Shown here in pieces: positions 57,250 through 64,000 of a stretch of 64,000 bases of DNA. The notes under the pieces were generated by a model that was not told the DNA's origin, searched no databases, and saw only the letters and a program-made list of their open reading frames with translations. The stretch's first letter is position 1; the number at the start of each line of letters is the position of its first letter. This DNA is from Eledone cirrhosa (Eukaryota), in assembly GCA_964016885.1 (NCBI GenBank), contig OZ024743.1, positions 138,570,001-138,634,000 of the forward strand, in the 5' to 3' direction. The position numbers and the translations under genes were made by a program.

Positions 57250-60200
57250 TGTTTGGTGCTGGGTGCTTGGTGCTTGGTGTTTGGTGTTATATGCTTGGTG
57301 TTTGATGCTTGGTGCTTGGTGCTTGGTGTTTGGTGTTTGGTGTTTGTACTTGGTGCTTGGTGCTTGGTGCTTGGTGTTTGGTGCTTGGTGTTTGGTGCTT
57401 GGTGCTTGGTGCTTGGTGCTTGGTGTTTGGTGGTTGGTGTTTGGTGCTTGGTGTTAGGTGTTTGGTGCTTGGTGCTTGGTGTTTGGTGTTTGGTGCTTGG
57501 TCTTTGGTGCTTGGTACTTGGTGCTTGGTGCTTGGTGTTAGGTGTTTGGTGCTTGGTGTTTGGTGCTTGGTGTTTGGTGCTTGGTGCTTGGTGCTTGGTG
57601 CTTGGTGTTTGGTGGTTGGTGTTTGGTGCTTGGTGTTAGGTGTTTGGTGCTTGGTGCTTGGTGTTTGGTGTTTGGTGCTTGGTGTTTGGTGTTTGGTGCT
57701 TGGTGTTTGGTGCTTTTTGCTTGGTGCTTGGTGCTTGGTGTTTGGTGCTTGGTTCTTGGTGTTTGGTGCTGGGTGCTTGGTGTTTGGTGTTTGGTGTTAT
57801 ATGCTTGGTGTTTGATGCTTGGTGCTTGGTGCTTGGTGTTTGGTGTTTGGTGCTTGGTGTTTGATGCTTGGTGCTTGGTGCTTGGTGTTTGGTGCTTGGT
57901 GCTTGGTGTTTGGTGCTTGGTGCTTGGTGTTTGGTGTTTGGTGCTTGGTGTTTGGTGCTTGGTGCTTGGTGCTTGGTGCTTGGTGTTTGGTGGTTGGTGC
58001 TTGGTGCTTGGTGTTAGGTGTTTGGTGCTTGGTGCTTGGTGTTTGGTGTTTGGTGCTTGGTGTTTGGTGTTTGGTGCTTGGTGTTTGGTGCTTGGTACTT
58101 GGTGCTTGGTGCTTGGTGTTAGGTGTTTGGTGCTTGGTGTTTGGTGTCTGGTTTTTGGTGCTTGGTGCTTGGTGTTTGGTGCTTGCTGCTGGCTGCTTGG
58201 TGTTTGGTGCCTGGTGATTGGTGCTTGGTGTTTGGTGCTTGGTGTTTGGTGTTTGGTGCTAGGTGCTTGGTGTTTGGTTCTTGGTGCTTGGTGTTTGTAC
58301 TTGGTGCTTGGTGCTTGGTTCTTGGTGTTTGGTGCTTGGTGCTTGGTGTTTGGTGCTTGGTGCTTGGTGTTTGGTGCTTGGTGTTTGGTGCTTGGTGTTT
58401 GGTGCTTGGTGCTTGGTGCTTGGTGTTTGGTGCCTGATGTTTGGTGCTTGGTGTTAGGTGTTTGGTGCTTGGTGCTTGGTGTTAGGTGTTTGGTGCTTGG
58501 TGTTTGGTGCTTGGTGTTTGGTGCTTGGTGCTTGGTGCTTGGTGCTTGGTGTTTGGTGGTTGGTGTTTGGTGCTTGGTGTTAGGTGTTTGGTGCTTGGTG
58601 CTTGGTGTTTGGTGTTTGGTACTTGGTGTTTGGTGTTTGGTGCTTGGTGTTTGGTGCTTTTTGCTTGGTGCTTGGTGCTTGGTGTTTGGTGCTTGGTGCT
58701 TGGTGTTTGGTGCTGGGTGCTTGGTGTTTGGTGTTTGGTGTTATATGCTTGGTGTTTGATGCTTGGTGCTTGGTGCTTGGTGTTTGGTGTTTGGTGCTTG
58801 GTGTTTGATGCTTGGTGCTTGGTGCTTGTTGTTTGGTGCTTGGTGCTTGGTGTTTGGTGCTAGGTGCTTGGTGTTTGGTGCTTGGTGTTTGGTGCTTGGT
58901 GTTTGGTGCTTGGTGCTTGGTGCTTGGTGCTTGGTGTTTGGTGGTTGGTGCTTGGTGCTTGGTGTTAGGTGTTTGGTGCTTGGTGCTTGGTGTTTGGTGT
59001 TTGGTGCTTGGTGTTTGGTGTTTGGTGCTTGGTGTTTGGTGCTTGGTACTTGGTGCTTGGTGCTTGGTGTTAGGTGTTTGGTGCTTGGTGTTTGGTGTTT
59101 GGTGCTTGCTGCTGGCTGCTTGGTGTTTTGTGCTTGGTGATTGGTGCTTGGTGTTTGGTGCTTGGTGTTTGGTGTTTGGTGCTAGGTGCTTGGTGTTTGG
59201 TGCTTGGTGCTTGGTGTTTGTACTTGGTGCTTGGTGCTTGGTTCTTGGTGTTTGGTGCTTGGTGCTTGGTGTTTGGTGCTTGGTGCTTGGTGTTTGGTGC
59301 TTGGTGTTTGGTGCTTGGTGTTAGGTGTGTGGTGCTTGGTGCTTGGTGTTTGGTGTTTGGTGCTTGGTGTTTGGTGTTTGGTGTTATATGCTTGGTGTTT
59401 GATGCTTGGTGCTTGGTGCTTGGTGTTTGGTGCTTGGTGTTTGATGCTTGGTGCTTGGTGCTTGGTGTTTGGTGCTTGGTGCTTGGTGTTTGGTGTTTGG
59501 TGCTTGGTGTTTGGTGTTTGGTGTTATATGCTTGGTGTTTGATGCTTGGTGCTTGGTGCTTGGTGTTTGGTGTTTGGTGCTTGGTGTTTGATGCTTGGTG
59601 CTTGGTGCTTGGTGTTTGGTGCTTGGTGCTTGGTGCTTGGTGTTTGGTGCTTGGTGTTTGGTGCTTGGTGTTTGGTGCTTGGTGCTTGGTGCTTGGTGTT
59701 TGGTGGTTGGTGCTTGGTGCTTGGTGTTAGGTGTTTGGTGCTTGGTGCTTGGTGTTTGGTGTTTGGTGCTTGGTGTTTGGTGTTTGGTGTTTGGTGTTTG
59801 GTGCTTGGTACTTGGTGCTTGGTGCTTGGTGTTAGGTGTTTGGTGCTTGGTGTTTGGTGTCTGGTTTTTGGTGCTTGGTGCTTGGTGTTTGGTGCTTGCT
59901 GCTGGCTGCTTGGTGTTTGGTGCTTGGTGATTGGTGCTTGGTGTTTGGTGCTTGGTGTTTGGTGTTTGGTGCTAGATGCTTGGTGTTTGGTGCTTGGTGC
60001 TTGGTGTTTGTACTTGGTGCTTGGTGCTTGGTTCTTGGTGTTTGGTGCTTGGTGCTTGGTGTTTGGTGCTTGGTGCTTGGTGTTTGGTGCTTGGTGTTTG
60101 GTGCTTGGTGCTTGGTGCTTGGTGTTTGTACTTGGTGCTTGGTGCTTGGTGTCTGGTTCTTGGTTCTTGGTGTTTGGTACTTGGTGCTTGGTGCTTGGTG

Positions 60201-63200
60201 CTTGATGTTTGGTGTTTGGTGGTTGGTGTTTGGTGCTTGGTGCTTGGTGCTTGGTGTTAGGTGTTTGGTGCTTGGTCCTTGGTGTTTGGTGCTTGGTGTT
60301 TGGTGTTTGCTGTCTGCTTTTTGGTGTTTAGTGTTTGCTGTATGGTGTTTGGTGTTTGCTGTTTGGTGTTTGGTCTTTGGTGCTTGGTGTTTGGTGCTTG
60401 GTGCTTGGTGTTTGGTGTTTGGTGCTTGGTGCTTGGTGTTTGGTGTTATATGCTTGGTGTTTGATGCTTGGTGCTTGGTGCTTGGTGTTTGGTGTTTGGT
60501 GTTTGTACTTGGTGCTTGGTGCTTGGTGCTTGGTGTTTGGTGCTTGGTGTTTGGTGCTTGGTGCTTGGTGCTTGGTGCTTGGTGTTTGGTGGTTGGTGTT
60601 TGGTGCTTGGTGTTAGGTGTTTGGTGCTTGGTGCTTGGTGTTTGGTGTTTGGTGCTTGGTGTTTGGTGTTTGGTGCTTGGTCTTTGGTGCTTGGTACTTG
60701 GTGCTTGGTGCTTGGTGTTAGGTGTTTGGTGCTTGGTGTTTGGTGCTTGGTGTTTGGTGCTTGGTGCTTGGTGCTTGGTGCTTGGTGTTTGGTGGTTGGT
60801 GTTTGGTGCTTGGTGTTAGGTGTTTGGTGCTTGGTGCTTGGTGTTTGGTGTTTGGTGCTTGGTGTTTGGTGTTTGGTGCTTGGTGTTTGGTGCTTTTTGC
60901 TTGGTGCTTGGTGCTTGGTGTTTGGTGCTTGGTTCTTGGTGTTTGGTGCTGGGTGCTTGGTGTTTGGTGTTTGGTGTTATATGCTTGGTGTTTGATGCTT
61001 GGTGCTTGGTGCTTGGTGTTTGGTGTTTGGTGCTTGGTGTTTGATGCTTGGTGCTTGGTGCTTGGTGTTTGGTGCTTGGTGCTTGGTGTTTGGTGCTTGG
61101 TGCTTGGTGTTTGGTGTTTGGTGCTTGGTGTTTGGTGCTTGGTGCTTGGTGCTTGGTGCTTGGTGTTTGGTGGTTGGTGCTTGGTGCTTGGTGTTAGGTG
61201 TTTGGTGCTTGGTGCTTGGTGTTTGGTGTTTGGTGCTTGGTGTTTGGTGTTTGGTGCTTGGTGTTTGGTGCTTGGTACTTGGTGCTTGGTGCTTGGTGTT
61301 AGGTGTTTGGTGCTTGGTGTTTGGTGTCTGGTTTTTGGTGCTTGGTGCTTGGTGTTTGGTGCTTGCTGCTGGCTGCTTGGTGTTTGGTGCCTGGTGATTG
61401 GTGCTTGGTGTTTGGTGCTTGGTGTTTGGTGTTTCGTGCTAGGTGCTTGGTGTTTGGTTCTTGGTGCTTGGTGTTTGTACTTGGTACTTGGTGCTTGGTT
61501 CTTGGTGTTTGGTGCTTGGTGCTTGGTGTTTGGTGCTTGGTGCTTGGTGTTTGGTGCTTGGTGTTTGGTGCTTGGTGTTTGGTGCTTGGTGCTTGGTGCT
61601 TGGTGTTTGGTGCCTGGTGTTTGGTGCTTGGTGTTAGGTGTTTGGTGCTTGGTGCTTGGTGTTAGGTGTTTGGTGCTTGGTGTTTGGTGCTTGGTGTTTG
61701 GTGCTTGGTGCTTGGTGCTTGGTGCTTGGTGTTTGGTGGTTGGTGTTTGGTGCTTGGTGTTAGGTGTTTGGTGCTTGGTGCTTGGTGTTTGGTGTTTGGT
61801 ACTTGGTGTTTGGTGTTTGGTGCTTGGTGTTTGGTGCTTTTTGCTTGGTGCTTGGTGCTTGGTGTTTGGTGCTTGGTGCTTGGTGTTTGGTGCTGGGTGC
61901 TTGGTGTTTGGTGTTTGGTGTTATATGCTTGGTGTTTGATGCTTGGTGCTTGGTGCTTGGTGTTTGGTGTTTGGTGCTTGGTGTTTGATGCTTGGTGCTT
62001 GGTGCTTGGTGTTTGGTGCTTGGTGCTTGGTGTTTGGTGCTTGGTGCTTGGTGTTTGGTGCTTGGTGTTTGGTGCTTGGTGTTTGGTGCTTGGTGCTTGG
62101 TGCTTGGTGCTTGGTGCTTGGTGTTTGGTGGTTGGTGCTTGGTGCTTGGTGTTAGGTGTTTGGTGCTTGGTGCTTGTTGTTTGGTGTTTGGTGCTTGGTG
62201 TTTGGTGTTTGGTGCTTGGTGTTTGGTGCTTGGTACTTGGTGCTTGGTGCTTGGTGTTAGGTGTTTGGTGCTTGGTGTTTGGTGTTTGGTGCTTGCTGCT
62301 GGCTGCTTGGTGTTTTGTGCTTGGTGATTGGTGCTTGGTGTTTGGTGCTTGGTGTTTGGTGTTTGGTGCTAGGTGCTTGGTGTTTGGTGCTTGGTGCTTG
62401 GTGTTTGGTGCTTGGTGCTTGGTGTTTGGTGCTTGGTGTTTGGTGCTTGGTGTTAGGTGTGTGGTGCTTGGTGCTTGGTGTTTGGTGTTTGGTGCTTGGT
62501 GTTTGGTGTTTGGTGTTATATGCTTGGTGTTTGATGCTTGGTGCTTGGTGCTTGGTGTTTGGTGCTTGGTGTTTTATGCTTGGTGCTTGGTGCTTGGTGT
62601 TTGGTGCTTGGTGCTTGGTGTTTGGTGTTTGGTGCTTGGTGTTTGGTGTTTGGTGTTATATGCTTGGTGTTTGATGCTTGGTGCTTGGTGCTTGGTGTTT
62701 GGTGTTTGGTGCTTGGTGTTTGATGCTTGGTGCTTGGTGCTTGGTGTTTGGTGCTTGGTGCTTGGTGCTTGGTGTTTGGTGCTTGGTGTTTGGTGCTTGG
62801 TGTTTGGTGCTTGGTGCTTGGAGCTTGGTGTTTGGTGGTTGGTGCTTGGTGCTTGGTGTTAGGTGTTTGGTGCTTGGTGCTTGGTGTTTGGTGTTTGGTG
62901 TTTGGTGTTTGGTGTTTGGTGTTTGGTGTTTGGTGCTTGGTACTTGGTGCTTGGTGCTTGGTGTTAGGTGTTTGGTGCTTGGTGTTTGGTGTCTGGTTTT
63001 TGGTGCTTGGTGCTTGGTGTTTGGTGCTTGCTGCTGGCTGCTTGGTGTTTGGTGCTTGGTGATTGGTTCTTGGTGTTTGGTGCTTGGTGTTTGGTGTTTG
63101 GTGCTAGGTGCTTGGTGTTTGGTGCTTGGTGCTTGGTGTTTGTACTTGGTGCTTGGTGCTTGGTTCTTGGTGTTTGGTGCTTGGTGCTTGGTGTTTGGTT

Positions 63201-63250
63201 CTTGGTGCTTGGTGTTTGGTGCTTGGTGTTTGGTGCTTGGTGTTTGGTGC
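57250..63250. repeat. Tandem duplication with ~3180-bp period
   Basis: 57542/60722, 57640/60820, 58123/61303 and 58486/61666 = 3180; 59074/62261 = 3187; 59546/62678 = 3132. Rare TAGGTGT-GTGGTGC occurs at ~59322 and ~62454, and paired TATATGC 140 bp apart occurs in both copies. Confidence 0.88.
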
Positions 63251-64000
63251 TTGGTGCTTGGTGCTTGGTGTTTGGTGCTTGGTGTTTGGTGCTTGGTGTT
63301 AGGTGTTTGGTGCTTGGTGCTTGGTGTTAGGTGTTTGGTGCTTGGTATTTGGTGCTTGGTGTTTGGTGCTTGGTGCTTGGTGCTTGGTGCTTGGTGTTTG
63401 GTGGTTGGTGTTTGGTGCTTGGTGTTAGGTGTTTGGTGCTTTGTGCTTGGTGTTTGGTGTTTGGTGCTTGGTGTTTGGTGTTTGGTGCTTGGTGTTTGGT
63501 GCTTTTTGCTTGGTGCTTGGTTCTTGGTGTTTGGTGCTGGGTGCTTGGTGTTTGGTGTTTGGTGTTATATGCTTGGTGTTTGATGCTTGGTGCTTGGTGC
63601 TTGGTGTTTGGTGTTTGGTGCTTGGTGTTTGATGCTTGGTGCTTGGTGCTTGGTGTTTGGTGCTTGGTGCTTGGTGCTTGGTGTTTGGTGCTTGGTGTTT
63701 GGTGCTTGGTATTTGGTGCTTGGTGCTTGGTGCTTGGTGTTTGGTGGTTGGTGCTTGGTGCTTGGTGTTAGGTGTTTGGTGCTTGGTGCTCGGTGTTTGG
63801 TGCTTGGTGTTTGGTGTTTGGTGTTTGGTGTTTGGTGCTTGGTACTTGGTGCTTGGTGCTTGGTGTTAGGTGTTTGGTGCTTGGTGTTTGGTGTCTGGTT
63901 TTTGGTGCTTGGTGCTTGGTGTTTGGTGCTTGTTGCTTGGTGTTTGGTGCTTGTTGATTGGTGCTTGGTGTTTGGTGCTAGGTGCTTGGTGTTTGGTGCT

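Larger units (their letters stand above)
1..64000. repeat. 7-bp tandem satellite array, consensus TTGGTG(C/T); continues past both window ends
   Basis: Every line parses as TTGGTGC/TTGGTGT monomers or 1-3 substitution variants of them. The + strand is G/T-rich with almost no A. I saw no unique-sequence interruption and no strand switch. Confidence 0.99.

Noticed and set aside
3-63957. Hundreds of + strand ORFs encoding Trp/Cys/Leu/Val/Gly-rich hydrophobic peptides (up to 625 aa at 24192-26069)
   Set aside because: A stop-free heptamer gives the same 7-aa periodic peptide in all three overlapping frames. There is no codon-position bias or domain, most starts are GTG/TTG from the repeat, and ends are set by sporadic TAG/TGA variants.
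1-64000. CRISPR array or other repeat-spacer system
   Set aside because: There are no unique spacers; all sequence between landmarks is the same heptamer, and no cas or other genes are present.
1-64000. Bacterial short heptamer repeats (cyanobacterial STRR-type)
   Set aside because: Those are short intergenic tracts; a gene-free array of at least 64 kb with kb-scale higher-order structure does not fit, although the source organism cannot be proven from this window.
1-64000. Pure sequencing or synthetic artefact
   Set aside because: Nested duplications with shared derived variants and private SNPs look like real evolutionary history; only the exact copy number and order remain uncertain without reads.

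Overview
The whole 64 kb window is one uninterrupted, single-orientation tandem array of a 7-bp monomer, TTGGTG(C/T) (minus strand (G/A)CACCAA), roughly 9,100 monomers, open at both window edges. I found no credible protein-coding gene, RNA gene, transposon or CRISPR array; every ORF in the track is an artefact of translating a heptamer (WCLVLGA-type peptides in all three + frames). The real structure is in the rare variant monomers (TATATGC, TTGTAC, TAGGTGT, TTGGCGA, TGGCTGC, TTGGAGT and others). They recur in fixed order and reveal nested higher-order repeats: a ~98-105 bp module, 140-189 bp local duplications, and near-identical blocks at offsets of 1524, 1984, 1041, 7601-7755, 3219, 5204, 9563, 1837, 2375 and 3180 bp (offsets read from matching ORF-track entries, several spot-checked against variant monomers). 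Indels are almost always whole monomers, so the 7-bp phase is preserved apart from one recurrent 6-bp unit. The array falls into about three domains with different variant sets. This looks like eukaryotic satellite DNA (centromeric, heterochromatic or subtelomeric) expanding by recombination; organism and function cannot be determined from this window, and I see no direct evidence for a novel gene-based system. Block boundaries are approximate.
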